Part shown: positions 25,417-39,018 of the stretch, piece by piece
How the letters are laid out: every line of letters begins with the position of its first letter
Numbering within the stretch: position 1 is the stretch's first letter
Made by a program: the position numbers and the translations under genes
The notes under the pieces: generated by a model
What the model saw: the letters and a program-made list of their open reading frames with translations, nothing else
Told to the model about the DNA's origin: nothing
The model's database searches: none
NCBI GenBank assembly: GCA_951406725.2
Contig: OX597822.1
Coordinates: 97,030,001 to 97,094,000, forward strand
Direction of reading: 5' to 3'
Source of the DNA: Octopus vulgaris
Lineage: Eukaryota
DNA: 64,000 nt

Positions 25417-25638
25417 CCCTTTCGTTACCAACCTGGCTGAAACCGGCTCTGGCTCTTTAGTACAAATGTCTGGTTTTCAAAAGTTCTGAATGAAAAATCT
25501 TCCACCAAACCTTAGTCACAATTTATGTCCCTAACTCTAGCTTAATGATAACGATGTTATTTTACTTCATTCTTTGTTATATTTAACATAATTGGAAGAA
25601 ACACTGAGCATCTCAAAATAAATTCAGTAACGAAAGGG
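25417..25638. mobile_element. TTAA-flanked MITE (same family as 12012-12223)
   Basis: Perfect 12-bp TIR CCCTTTCGTTAC / GTAACGAAAGGG with TTAA on both sides. Confidence 0.8.
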
Positions 25639-26017
25639 TTAATGTTTGTTGTTTATTTCTATTATAAACCAATAATTTTTCTTGTTGATGAATCAGATTG
25701 CTTCTTCATTTTAAACCAACAATTTTTCTTGGTGAATCTGCTTCATTAGTTGTTGGCTTTTTACCATCAGTTTTCTACTTCCACAGTTATCTTCCTTGAT
25801 ATTTTCTGTCTATTGAGATTTTGCTGTTTAACAAAAGACTCCTTCACTTTGCTTTTGCTTTCTCTATTGTGTGTGTGTGTGTTGAATTGACAAAATTGCT
25901 AGAACATTGATCAAAATAACTTGCTGAATTTGTTTTGGCTATTTACGTTCTGAGTTCAAATCCCACTGAGGTTAACTTCACATTTCATCCTTTTTTGATG
26001 GATGAAATAAAATACCA

Positions 26018-26366
26018 ATTTCTTTATTACCCACAAGGGGCTAAAACACAGAGGGGACAAACAAGGACAGACATAGGTATTAAGTCGATTACATCGACCC
26101 CAGTGCGTAACTGGTACTTAATTTATCGACCCCGAAAGGATGAAAGGCAAAGTCGACCTCGGCAGAATTTGAACTCAGAACGTAAAGACAAACGAAATAC
26201 CTATTTCTTTACTACCCACAGGGGGCTAAACACAGAGGGGACAAACAAGGACAGACATAGGTATTAAGTCGATAACATCGACCCCAGTGCGTAACTGGTA
26301 CTTAATTTATCGACCCCGAAAGGATGAAAGGCAAAGTCGATCTTGGTGGAATTTGAACTCACAACG
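26018..26366 (-). mobile_element. Tandem dimer of SINE family A segment
   Basis: ~185-bp unit (tttactacccaca..gggctaaa..acagaggggac...gaactca) present twice, near identical. Confidence 0.8.
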
Positions 26367-27144
26367 TACCTGTGAAACAGTAGACCTGATGTAATCAACT
26401 AGTCCCCTCTCCAAAAATTTCAGGCCTTGTGCCTTTAGCAGAAAGGATTATTATTATCATCATAAGGTGGCAAACTGGCAAAATCATTTACTTTCTGGGT
26501 TCAAATCCCACCAAGGTCAGCATTGCCATTTATCCTTTTTGGGGTCAATAAATAAGGTACCAGTCAAGCAATGGGGTTGATGTAAGCAACTTGCTCTTTC
26601 CCATAAAAAATTGATTGCCTTGTGCCAAAATTCTAAATTATTTATTATATATATATGGAGGTTGGTTGGCAGAATAAGTTGAGCATCAAACAAAATGCCT
26701 TGTAGCTTCTGTTCAGGCCCTCCTTGTTCTGAGTTCACTTTTGCCTTTCATCCTTTTGGGGTTGATAAATAAAGTACCAATCAAGTACAAGGGATGATTT
26801 CATTGACTGACCCTCTCCCTCCTTACAAATTCGAGTCCTTGTGCCTAAACAAAAACAATTATTATTACTATTTTCATCAACAGTTGAACTTGTTACATGT
26901 TTTTATCAAACATGTACATGTTTGTATTAACATGTGTGTGTGTGTGTGTTATAAAACAGTTAAACGAGAGCTTTCTTTTGAATTAATTTTTGATAAATAA
27001 TTAACCTCATTTTACAAAATGAATTTCTTGTCTCTTAAACATTAGCTGTGGCATTATTAAACAGATGTTGTAGTTGTTTTGTTATAGATATTCTTATAGT
27101 ATATGTTCTTTTGATCACTTATATAATGTGTGTATGTGTATATT

Positions 27145-27175
<31 letters not shown>

Positions 27176-27505
27176 TATTTATATATTACATGTTTTTATA
27201 CATCATGTATTAGTGCTTTCTCCCATTTTAGTGGAGTTTTCAAATCGAACTAAAGCCCCACTAGAATGGGAGAAAGCGCTAATATATGATCTAAGTTATA
27301 TGATGTATAAAAAACATGTAATATACAAATAAATATCTGTAAATATAAAACCATCCGAATTTCTGAGTACCTCATTTCTTCTAATATAAAATATCTGTAC
27401 ATCATCTCCAAACCTTCCAATATATATATATATATGTCTTCTTGTTTTGTGTGTGTGTGTGTTTGCTGGGTTTTAATCTCTTTCTGTTTTCTTTTGTTCT
27501 TACAG

Positions 27506-27684
27506 TGAACAGCCAGCTCAGGTTTGCGAGACAGAAAAGACTACGAGCACAACAAAGTCTTCCTTGTCGTCAACCACGCCACAAACCCAGCAACAGCCAC
27601 CACAACAACAGCAGCAGCAGCAGCAACAGATACCCAAATTCTCTATCTCGACTGCATGTGACGCCGATATTCCTCCTTCCAAAG
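27506..27684 (+). CDS. MAST: MAST exon with polyQ (EQPAQVCETEK...QQQPPQQQQQQQQQIPKFSISTACDADIPPSK)
   Basis: cttacag / gttagt; 179 nt, phase 2 to 1, fits flanking exons. Confidence 0.88.
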
Positions 27685-27719
27685 GTTAGTTCACCAATGC
27701 TTGGCCAGTGATATTACAG

Positions 27720-28133
27720 TCCACGTAAAAGCACCATCCGTTCATGTCCGTTTGCCAGCCTCGCCTGGCCCCCGTGCCGGTGGCACGTAAAAGCACCATC
27801 CGTTCGTGGCCGTTTGCCAGCCTCGCCTGGCCCCCGTGCCGGTGGCACGTAAAAGCACCATCCGTTCGTGTCCGTTGCCAGCCATGCCTGGCCCCCGTGC
27901 CGGTGGCACGTAAAGCTCCATCCGTTCGTGGCCGTTTGCCAGCTCCGGGTGGCACGTAAAAAGCACCCACTACACTCACAGAGTGGTTGGCATTAGGAAG
28001 GGCATCCAGCCGTAGAAACACTGCCAGATCAGACTGGAGACTGATGCGTCCTTCCGGCTTCCCAGACCCCAGTTGAACCGTCCAACCCATGCTAGCATGG
28101 AAAGCGGACGCTAAATGATGATGATGATGATGA
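27720..28133 (+). mobile_element. SINE family C with internal ~60-bp tandem array
   Basis: ~4 units ggcacgtaaaagcaccatccgttc.tg.ccgtttgccagcc..., then family C body and (GAT)n. Confidence 0.85.
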
Positions 28134-28540
28134 TAACATCATCTTCATCAGGTATTATCATCTACTTCCAAGCAGATTAAATACCAGCTGTCCCTATCTC
28201 AGATGCTCCTGTGATCACCTTATGCTTTCACAGTATTTCAATTCATCCATTCACATAATTCCTGGGTTCCTCCCCAACATTCTTTCCTCCAATTCCCCTC
28301 TGTCTTTGTAACCCCTCCAGGTTTCACTTTGAACACTACTCCCAGCACTCTGGAATTCCTTCTCTGGTCATGTCTCCCCACGAGGCCAATAATCAGTGGT
28401 ATTTCAGTGATGAAATAATGAAATTATTGTATACAGTGCTCAGGTGCACCACAACTTGTCAAAAGTGCGTATAAAGCATATGCAGTAACGTACAAATGTC
28501 TGGAAAGCGAACAATGTATGAGTCAGATACATGCTTGTGT

Positions 28541-28957
28541 ACTCTTACTCTCTCTCTCTTTTACTCTTTTACTTGTTTCAGTCATTTGACTGCGGCCATG
28601 CTGGAGCACCGCCTTTAGTCAAGCAAATCGACCCCGGGACTTATTATTTGTAAGCCCACTACTTATTCTATCGGTCTCTTTTTTTTGCTGAACCCCTAAG
28701 TGACAGGGACGTAAACACACCAGCATCGGTTGTCAAGCAATGCTAGGGGACAAACACAGACACACACATATATACATATATATATACATATATACGACAG
28801 GCTTCTTTCAGTTTCCGTCTACCAAATCCACTCACAAGGCATTGGTCGGCCCGGGGCTATAGCAGAAGACACTTGCCCAAGATGCCATGCAGTGGGACTG
28901 AACCCGGAACCATGTGGTTGGTTAGCAAGCTACTTACCACACAGCCACTCCTGCGCC
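28541..28957 (-). mobile_element. SINE family B
   Basis: Full-length reverse copy ending ...cacagccactcctgcgcct. Confidence 0.85.
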
Positions 28958-29111
28958 TGATGTGGCATAGTTTACAATGGACTACACTATCCAATGTCTT
29001 TGTTTTTTTTTTTTTGTTGTTTTTTTTTAGACTGTCTGGGTTTTATTTGTGAGAGATCTGACTGCTATATTTAGCAGATCAAGTAATAGATCAGTTGGTT
29101 TCATGCTTTTA

Positions 29112-29154
<43 letters not shown>

Positions 29155-29238
29155 TTTCTGCCTTTTTTGTTTCTCCCACCTCTTTTCCTTATATACCTGA
29201 TGGGTTTCTCTTCATTTCTTTCGTTATTCTTCTTACAG

Positions 29239-29571
29239 AACTCTCTCCAGTTGATGAGATTGACAATAAAGACAGTGGAACCAGCTCAGGGAGGAGTAAG
29301 GCAACCGCCACGACAACTACTACCACTACTACTACTACCACTGCTGTCACCACAACAACAGCCACTGCAGTGTCTTTGGTTGGCGGTGAGAGTGTAGAAC
29401 GCACAACTAACAGCACGCCATTAGTTACCACTGCATCCTCTAAAGCTGCTACCAGCGTCGTCCCGTCCACTTATAGCGAGAGGACTAGGACTTCTGGTAG
29501 TAACGAGGATGTTGTGAAACTACAGAAGTCAGCTTCAGCTAGCGCCCTCACACTACTAGTGCATTCTATAG
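29239..29571 (+). CDS. MAST: MAST exon, Thr-rich (ELSPVDEIDNKD...poly-T...LQKSASASALTLLVHSI)
   Basis: cttacag / gtcagt; KSASA.AL.L motif that precedes the MAST PDZ region; phase 1-1. Confidence 0.9.
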
Positions 29572-30630
29572 GTCAGTCAGCCTTCTTTATCTCATCGCTT
29601 TTCTTCCTTTATGTGTGTACGTGTGTGTTCCTGCATTCTTGTCAAATCTTAGATAAACAAGATGAAAAAAAAAAGGCTCTTTACAATTAAATAAATGCAT
29701 TTGAATAACTATACAAATGTCTATTAAATAAATTTTTTTTAAATATATTGAAATATATTTGCGAGAGGAGAGCAGCTTCCCGCTGCTCACGTAATTACTT
29801 TCTCTCTGTTTTTTCAGTCATTTCTGTTTGAAATATATCTGTTTGTAGAGAACAGAGTACAGGGAGAAATGGTTTCTTTATAGAAAGGTTATCATCAAGG
29901 TTGGACTTGTAAACCTTTGATAAAAAATAATAATAATAATAATAAAACAATCCTAATATAAATAAATAGCTATGTTAAATATATGCTTTGTATTATTACA
30001 CTCCTAACCAATATGATTATATGCATGTGTATATATATATATATGTATATTTATTTATATTATATAGAGGGTACTATTATTCATAGGTACCGCACGCTAG
30101 GAGGGACTCTTGCAGTCAAAACTACTAAAATAAACAAATTGTACCGAATACAAAACTTCAAAGCAAGTCATTTAAAAACAGAATTTAGTTACATATCACC
30201 TGTGATTTCGCAATCTATATAATATAAATATATATTATATAATATAAATAAATATTTTCAAAGTGGAAAAATTTACGGATTTTTTTCTCTTACGAGGTTT
30301 TTCACGCTAACTACTGATAATTTCTTATAAAGATTTTATCCTTAATTTTAAATTTATATATATATATACTCGCGTTTTGAGTTCTAGAGTTTTCTTTTTC
30401 TTTTTGCATATACATATATCAGGTGTATTAGTGAGGGATTATCAATCCATCGTAATTGAAAGGTACAGTCTTGTCACACTGTACAGTCTTGTCATGCTGA
30501 CTCTGCCTGAGAATTGCATTAAGGGTACGTGTGTCTGTGGTATAATCAGCCACTCATACAATAATTCAATAGGTTGAGTTGTTCAAACAACTCAACTCAT
30601 GGTTTGAAATTCTAACCAAGATCCTTTCAT

Positions 30631-30673
<43 letters not shown>

Positions 30674-31484
30674 ATATATAATTATCTAAATCAGTATGAT
30701 TCAGCCCCCTGGAACTAGCAGTTTCATGGGTTCACTATAAGAGCCTCACTGAGCTGTGGTGACTGAATGTAGAGATTCAGAAAGCCCAACAATCTAGGTT
30801 CTTGTAATAAACCTAAATAATATATGTAACTCGTAGTAAATGTGCTGAGTACATCTTTCTTTCCTTTGTCCACTCATATATATCATCATCATCGTTTAGC
30901 GTCCGCTTTCCATGCTAGCATGAGTTGGACAAACTATATATATATTGTAAGGATTATTACGATGTAACTAAGGCTTTTAAAGACCATCAAGTGTTCATTA
31001 GGGCCAAGCTTTCCCCTGTTGATCAAATTTCTTCCCTACCAATCTGTTAGCACCATATGCTAGACTTGAACACTAACCCCTTATATTACTGAACTACTCT
31101 CACTTACTAGTTCTAGCTTCTTTGGAGGATCTAAGATGAACCAGAGTTTAGTAAAAATATGATGGGTATAATGCCTCTGGCCTCTCTGACGTTTCAGGGG
31201 TTCAGAGAGAAAAAAAAAATGATGCTTGGATTTGCTTCATTTGATCACATACTGTTCATTATGATCCCAAAAAGCATTTGGCTGGTCAGCAGAACATTCT
31301 GTGGTCATACAGAACTGGTCAATGAAAGTTTTTGCAGGAGAGTTAACCTCTGTAAACGATATTGAATATAGTAAACACTGGTTAAGCCTTGTCTATGTTG
31401 GCCACTTCGCTTCTTTTCAAAGCTGGGATGTTGGATGTAGAAATAAAAGGATTCGTTTGTTTCAACTAAAACTGTTGAATTGAC

Positions 31485-31932
31485 ATAGTTCTGAAATGCT
31501 TGGTATTTCTGGAAATGGACAGATTGTCCAGGCATTCAGGGATATCTTTCAAGATTGACAGATTGTTCTGACATCCTGGGTATTTCTGAAATTCTACAGT
31601 TTGTTCAGATATCCTGGATATATCTGAAAATAGTTTGTTCTGACATCCTGGATATCTTTGGAAATTGACAGATTGTCCTTAATAATTTAGATAATTCTGG
31701 AAATGGACAGGTCATTCTGACATCCTGAATGTTTCTGGAAACAAACAGATTGTCCTGACATTCTGGGTATGTCTTTGAATCAACTAATTATTTTAACATG
31801 CTGCATAGTTCTGGAAATTGACAGATTGTTCAGACATTCCTGATACTTCAAGAAATTTATGAAATATCCTGACATTTTGGACATTTCTGAAAATGGACTG
31901 ATCATTCTGACATTATTGGTATTTTGGAAATT
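31485..31932. repeat. Degenerate ~40-bp minisatellite
   Basis: Recurrent ttctgacatcctgg..at.tctggaaattgacagattg units. Confidence 0.75.
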
Positions 31933-34732
31933 CAAGCTTTTCTTCTGTCTATTTTTACCTTTTTTCATAGTCTTATGGCCAAGCTGGACCATTTTATGTT
32001 AGTTTTTAATTGATTGATTTTTGACCATATAAGGGCTTACTCCTGGTTGCTGTCATGACATTACCGCTTTCGGGTCGTTTAGTTTGTTATGTATCTATTT
32101 CTTCACTGAGATAATACTTCAGCTAAATTACTGTTAAGACGTTGTTACTGGAATCTTAGTATTGAGAATATGACACCTGTTATGATATCACAAGTTTGAT
32201 AGGATAAAGAAACAGCCTTCGTATTATCTGTTTTATATTATTGACAAAGATGTATTAACATAGCATTGTTGCAATGACACAGTATTTATTGAAATGGTAC
32301 CATATCAGGGTAACTTCACCCTTAAAATAGCACATGACACTGTTGCTCTGAGTGTACATGCATATGTGTGTGTGTGTGTGTGTGTGTCTGTTTTGTATGT
32401 AGTGATTTTAATTTTTACTTATGGCTGCTAAAAACTGATAATGGTGAAGAGAATATACAAAATTATATATATATTATATATATATTCATTTTGAGCAACA
32501 GAAACAGTATTAGTTCAAAATAGCAATCTGTCTATCATTCTTGAAGCAGATACATTGATGAAAGCCTTATAAACTGTATACACACATTTCTGTTTATTTA
32601 ATATTCTAAGGTAATATTCTAAAATAAAGCGAATTTTTTTTTTCCATCACTCTCTCAGCACAAATTCTTATATTCGGTGAAGTTCACTTCTGGTTGTTAT
32701 TGTTTTTGTCCGTGAATCATGATTTTCATTTCTTTTTTTATGTGACTAAACTTTTATCTCTGTTCAGCTCTGAGGTCAGCAAAACAGTTCTGTTCAATTA
32801 GTCTTGTAGCCAACAAATTTTCTCTTGTCTCCTTAGTTGTAGTCCATATATGCCAGTCTAGTAGAATGGTGTGTGTGTGTTTTTATATATACACATATAA
32901 CTACAGATAGCTAACAAGCGTAAAGACATATGCAAATTATGCATGAATTAGAAAACAGTAGAGTGTGAAAATTTGTATAATGCCCATTTTAATCCATTAA
33001 GGGGAGTTATATGCCCTAATGTTAGACTATTTTTTATAGTCAGTATATGGTGAAAGTTTTTAATTCTGTAAAGATATTTATTACATGATAACAGATTGTG
33101 TATACATGAAGTTTGCTCTTGATGTACAGAGAAATATATACGTATGGTATGGTATGGTGGTGTGAATGTGCATGTGTATATGTATGTGTGTGTGTGTGTG
33201 TATATATATATATGACATGATATAGGTAGTTAGGTAAATCCTGGCTGTTTCCTCTTGAAGCACATCTGCTTGTATCCATTGTATTAAAATAGGAAATTGT
33301 GGAAATATTATTTGCGGAGTTATTGTAAAACAAAACAGGAAAGTGGAAATTGTTTGGTATTATTGATAAAAAATACAAAAAAATTTCCACTGGATGTTGC
33401 CAGCGCTGCCCCGACTGGCCTCCATGCCAGTGGCATGTAAAAAGCACCATCTGATTGTGGCCGTTGCCAGCCTCACCTGGCCTCCGCACGTAAAAAGCAC
33501 CACCTGATCGTGGCCGTTTGCCAGCCTCGCCTGGCCTCCATGCCGGTGGCACGTAAAAAGCACCCACTACACTCATGGAGCGGTCGGCATTAGGAAGGGC
33601 ATCCAGCCGTAGAAACACTGCCAGATCAGACTGGGCCTGGTGCAGCCTTCTGGCTTCCCAGACCCCAGTTGAACCGTATAAGAGTACTACATCATCTTTA
33701 TTACTGTTTCCAGTTTCACTTTGAATACTTCCATTGACTCTTATACAAGCTGAAATAGTGTACATATAGTACTCTTAATGTACACTATGTATATTGCTTT
33801 ATCATCAAAATAAGCTTTCCCATAGAAACTTCTTCTTATTGACCCTTGCACTGTCTCGAGCAAATTTAATCCCATATGTTTTATAAAGTATCTCAGCTAT
33901 TTCTATCTATTTATTGTTCCGATGATGGCTTAGCTAGCCAAAACTTTGAAGTCACTGTCAGCAACATTTTTGAATAAGAATTATGTATATGAGCAATAGA
34001 GCCAGTATTAGTTCAAAATAGTGATCTGTATATCATACTTAAAGCTTATACATTTTTGAAAGCCTAATTAACTGCAGTGTTCATCTCAAGAAAGCATCTC
34101 TTAGAGATGTACAGTGTTAAAAAAACAGAAATATATCAATAACAGATGAAATTGTCCAACCTTCAGTGGCTCTTTCTATCTCATCATTCATCTAGCTGTA
34201 GATAAAGACATGCAGCCCATCTCTTTCTGTGTCGCTAAAAGACTGCTATCAGCAGATGTCTTTAGCTTAACATATAATTCTTAAGTTCAAGTATTTCATG
34301 TCAAACTATTCCAAGTTCTTTAAATCACTACCTGAAGACTAAAGACACAATTTTCAGTAATTCTGCCACTTAGATTATTTTCCAGCATACAAGTTGATAT
34401 AGTGGTTAGTGGTAAACATGTAGTGTAAACATTTAAACATCATCACTATCTTTCCAAATCCTGCTGCATTTCACATGGAATTTATGTTCCTCCAAAGTTA
34501 TCATGAAATCAAATGGCCTTTTTGGGGCTGAAAATTTTGATCTGAAAAATTGGACTTTTGTATGCTGGAAAATACAATTTCTAAAACTTTAAATGAATGA
34601 AAACTTACAATAAATGTTTGCCTCTTATTAAGCAATTTTGAGAAGACTTTTGTTTTTTCATTCTTCACCTTATTTCATCAAGATTAGTTTTCTTTTAAGA
34701 TGTTGTTGATTCTGTGTGTGCATTTTCTCCAG

Positions 34733-34786
34733 GTCATCCATTGGATAACTCCGGGGAACTGACTAAGCGTAGACTCTTCTTCCCAG
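34733..34786 (+). CDS. Candidate 54-nt cassette exon of MAST (GHPLDNSGELTKRRLFFP)
   Basis: cattttctccag acceptor, ccag|gtatat donor; symmetric phase 1-1, no stop; GC-richer than flanks. Confidence 0.5.
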
Positions 34787-35190
34787 GTATATTTCTTAAA
34801 CAGCCACCCCTCATACTCCTTTATTCCATTTCAACTGTTTGAGACTCTTGTGTGGCGATCGCTGCCTGTCTTCTTCTGTTGTCACCAGAACCCCTACACT
34901 GTTTGTTTGATTTTTTTTATATATTTATTTCTCTTCAATATTTTTTTTTTTTTTTTACAGAAAATTATTGCTTCATCCCCAGATTTATTGCAATTTAGCT
35001 TGTTTTATCAAATCTAATTTCTTTTTTGTTAATCATTTTCACTCCTTCCCTGTCCCCATTCAAATATATTAGTCTGGCCAAACTTGGCTATTTGTAGAAT
35101 TTTACCATTCCTTAGAATAATTCCTATTTCAGCTGTTTTCCTTCTGTTCTATGCATGTCTTCAATAAGAGAACACTCATTTCTTACTTAT

Positions 35191-35247
<57 letters not shown>

Positions 35248-36036
35248 AACCATACCCTCTATCATGCATACCCACACTCAAATATTCATGCATGATCAAA
35301 ATATATTCATTTCATCTATGCATTCTGGCTTAATGTTTTTATCTATCTCAACACTGGTAAACTAACCTGGGAAAATTGCATGTGAATATTTATAACTCTT
35401 AACAAGTGTTTTTGATTTCGGCAGAAGGTTACAATTTTGAGAGGTGGGTTAGTCAATACCACCAGCCTTAGTACATGAATGGTTTTTTTTATCGGTTCTG
35501 AAAGGATGAGCGGCAAAGTTAACCTCAGCAGAATTTAGGCTCAGAACCTAAAGACCCACAACAAATACTGCTCAGCAATTTTTAAAAAGTTCTATCATTT
35601 CTGCTAGTACACCATCCGTATAAAAGTCGGTCCAATGGATTCCAAAAGTCCAGCATTGTCACACATTGTATCATGCTGTTTCTACCCGAAGATTACTTTA
35701 AAGGTACTTGTGTACAGTGCTCAGGTGCACTACAACTCATCTAAAGTGTATATATAATCAGGTGTAGTTTCGGCGGATTTCGGAAAGCATGAGGGCCTTA
35801 AAGGATGCAGTGTCATGGCAGTCAACAACTGACGCAAGCAGTTTGTTCCATGCTTCAGCAACTCTGAGCGTGAAAAAATGTTTCCGAAAGTCATGGGAGC
35901 TGTGTTGTTTTCTGACTTTGTAGGCATAAAAGAACATATCTAATAAGTATTCATTACTGCACTTAATGTCTCTGTAATCTTAAGTGGCCATCTTAGTTTA
36001 AGTCATACTGTATAAGAGATTTACGAGTCCAGCATA

Positions 36037-36689
36037 TACTCTTTTACTCTTTACTCTTGTTTCAGTCATTTTGACTGCGGCCATACTGGAGCACTGCCTT
36101 TAATCGAGCAACTCGACCCCGGGACTTATTCTTTTGTAAGCCCAGTACTTATTCTATCAGTCTCTTTTGCCGAACCGCTAGGTGACGGGACGTAAACACA
36201 CCAGCATCGGTTGTCAAGCAATGCTAGGGGGACAAACACAGACACACAAACATATACACACACACACTTATATATATATATATATATATATACATATATG
36301 CGACGGCTTTTTCAGTTTCTGTCTCAAATCCACTCACAAGGCATTGGTCTTGCCCTATGTGTCATGCAGTGGGACTGAACCCGGAACCATGTGGTTGGAT
36401 AGCAAGCTCCTTACCACACAGCCACTCCTGCGCCTGTTGTGGTTTATGCCATAGCTCATAAAACTTCCTCCATTTCCTAAATGCAAATATGAGAAAATAT
36501 TTACCATATAAGGGCAAGAGTGGCAAGTAGCTTGCTTACCAGCCACATGGTTCTGGGTTCAGTCCTACTGCATAGCACCTTGGGCAAGTGTCTTCTACTA
36601 TAGCCTCGGGCCAACCAAAGCCTTGTGAGTAGATTTGGTAGACGAAAACTGAAAGAAGCCCATCATATATATGTGTGTGTATGTGTATG

Positions 36690-36725
<36 letters not shown>

Positions 36726-37468
36726 TATATATATACATAATGCTGGCCTGTTTACATCCTTGCAACATAGCGGTTTGGCAAAAGAGACCGATAGAATAAG
36801 TACTAGGCTTACAAAGAATAAGTCCTGGAGTACTTAATGTATTCACTACTGCACTTAATGTCTCTGTAATCTTAAGTGGCCATCTTAGTTTTAAGTCATA
36901 CTGTATATGAAATATTTCCATTTTTGTGATAGCAATGTTAGTCTCTATTTTGTGCATATAAAAATTATAATTTACTTTTTCATTCCTTAGACTCGTTATC
37001 AAGGTAACAGTTTGCATGTATCATTGCTGCCTTACCATGTCTCTTGATGCATGTCATCGCAGCAGCACTACTGCACAGCAGCTTTTATACTTATGGACGT
37101 GTGTCAGAAGGTGTTATTAAAATAATCTCCCTCTCTTGTCTTCTATTATTGCTGCTAAGTCACTTCAAGAGATGGCGTTAATGCTTTATAAACGAACATT
37201 GATCAATCTTTCCATTCAATTCATTATTATTGACTTTCCACTCATTCTAACTTATCTATACTCTTTTACTCTTTTACTTGTTTCAGTCATTTGACTGCGG
37301 CCATGCTGGAGCACCGCCTTTAGTCGAGCAAATCAACCCCGGGACTTATTCGTTGTAAGTCCAGTACTTATTCTATCGGTCTCTTTTGTCGAACCGCTAG
37401 TGACGGGGACGTAAACACGCCAGCATCGGTTGTCAAGCAATGCTAGAGGGACAAACACAGACACAAAA

Positions 37469-37531
<63 letters not shown>

Positions 37532-37695
37532 TACAACAGGCTTCTTTCAGTTTCCGTCTACCAAATCCACTCACAAGGCATTGGTCGGCCCGAGGCTGTA
37601 GCAGAAGACACTTGCCCAAGATGCCACGCAGTGGGACTGAACCCAGAACCATGCGGTTGGTAGGCAAGCTACTTACCACACAGCCACTCCTGCGC

Positions 37696-37697
<2 letters not shown>
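36037..37697. mobile_element. Three SINE B copies in alternating orientation (36037-36435 -, 36515-36830 +, 37260-37697 -)
   Basis: Direct comparison with the family B copies. Confidence 0.85.
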
Positions 37698-37737
<40 letters not shown>

Positions 37738-38244
37738 CCATCCTGTTTCTGATTCACTCCATCTCCTCGTAGAAATACATCAATACCTTTTCTATCCCAA
37801 CCACAACAGCAATAAAAAAGCCACCTATTTTGTCTTTATTTGATTTTATTCGTTTTATTCTCGTGTTTTTTTTTCTTTTTCTTCTTCTTCTTCATCTTCT
37901 TCTTCTTTTTTCCGCTTCAGTAGATTATAATTTACTTTTTCATTCCTTAGACTCGTTATCAAGGTAACAGTTGTGGCATTTGTTATCTTCTCTTGGCTTC
38001 TTTAACTGTTATTAAAAATAAACAAAATTAATAATTACACAGCAGCTTTTATACTTTGTATTTTTTTTGTTTTTTTTTTTTTTTTTTTCCAATTTTAATC
38101 TTTCTTATTTTTTTCTCTTTGCCGAAAATAATACAGAATCCGTTGCCTAGGCAATTCTCTTTGCATGGTACTTTATAAACGAACATTGATCAATCTTTCC
38201 ATTCAATTCATTATTATTATTGACTTTCCACTCATTCTAACTTA

Positions 38245-38352
38245 TGTGTATGTATGTATGTGTGTGTGTATATATATGTATATATATATATATATATAGA
38301 TATATAATATATAGATATATAATATAATATATAGATATATAATATAATATAT

Positions 38353-38419
<67 letters not shown>

Positions 38420-38640
38420 TATATAATATATATATAGAATATATATATAGATATAGATATATATAGATATAGATATATAATATATATATAGATATAGATA
38501 TATAATATATATATAGATATAGATATATAATATAGATATAGATATATAATATATATATATATATATATACACACACATATGTATATATACACACACATAT
38601 TTATATACACACATATATATATGCACACACACATATATAT

Positions 38641-38671
<31 letters not shown>

Positions 38672-38721
38672 CACATACACATATATAAAGTATAAACATC
38701 CATATATTTGTTTGCATATAC

Positions 38722-38755
<34 letters not shown>

Positions 38756-38760
38756 ATATA
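38245..38760. repeat. (TA)n/(CA)n/(TAGA) compound microsatellite
   Basis: Low-complexity dinucleotide tract. Confidence 0.95.
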
Positions 38761-38961
38761 TGCAAATATTATCTAACTCTTTGTCCCAACAGTTTCTTCA
38801 CTGTTTTCTGTTGTTGAACTTTTGTCAATAACACACAATTTGCAGAATATTTTCTTTCAAACAATTCCGTTTCTTAACGTGACGTCTCGTTGTGGCATTT
38901 GTTATCTTCTCTTGGCTTCTTTAACTGTTATTAAAAATAAACAAAATTAATAATTACGAAT

Positions 38962-39018
38962 GCCATCCGGGTATATCTAGGTGATACAGACCTGTACACT
39001 CTGCAACATATGGTTGTT
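38962..39018 (+). CDS. MAST: Displaced 3' half of MAST PDZ exon (AIRVYLGDTDLYTLQHMVV) with intact donor
   Basis: GCC ATC CGG GTA TAT CTA GGT GAT ACA GAC CTG TAC ACT CTG CAA CAT ATG GTT GTT|gtaagt; matches MAST PDZ AIRVY.GD.D.YT..H.V; no acceptor upstream. Confidence 0.9.

Noticed and set aside
33040-33765. 241-aa minus-strand ORF and the recurring '[19 protein letters not shown]' ORFs
   Set aside because: Chance read-through of SINE C and microsatellite
33917-33950. Hammerhead-like ttc-cgatga-tggct..agcca-aaac-ttt-gaa
   Set aside because: Lacks core U4 and G12 and a proper stem III; at best a relic
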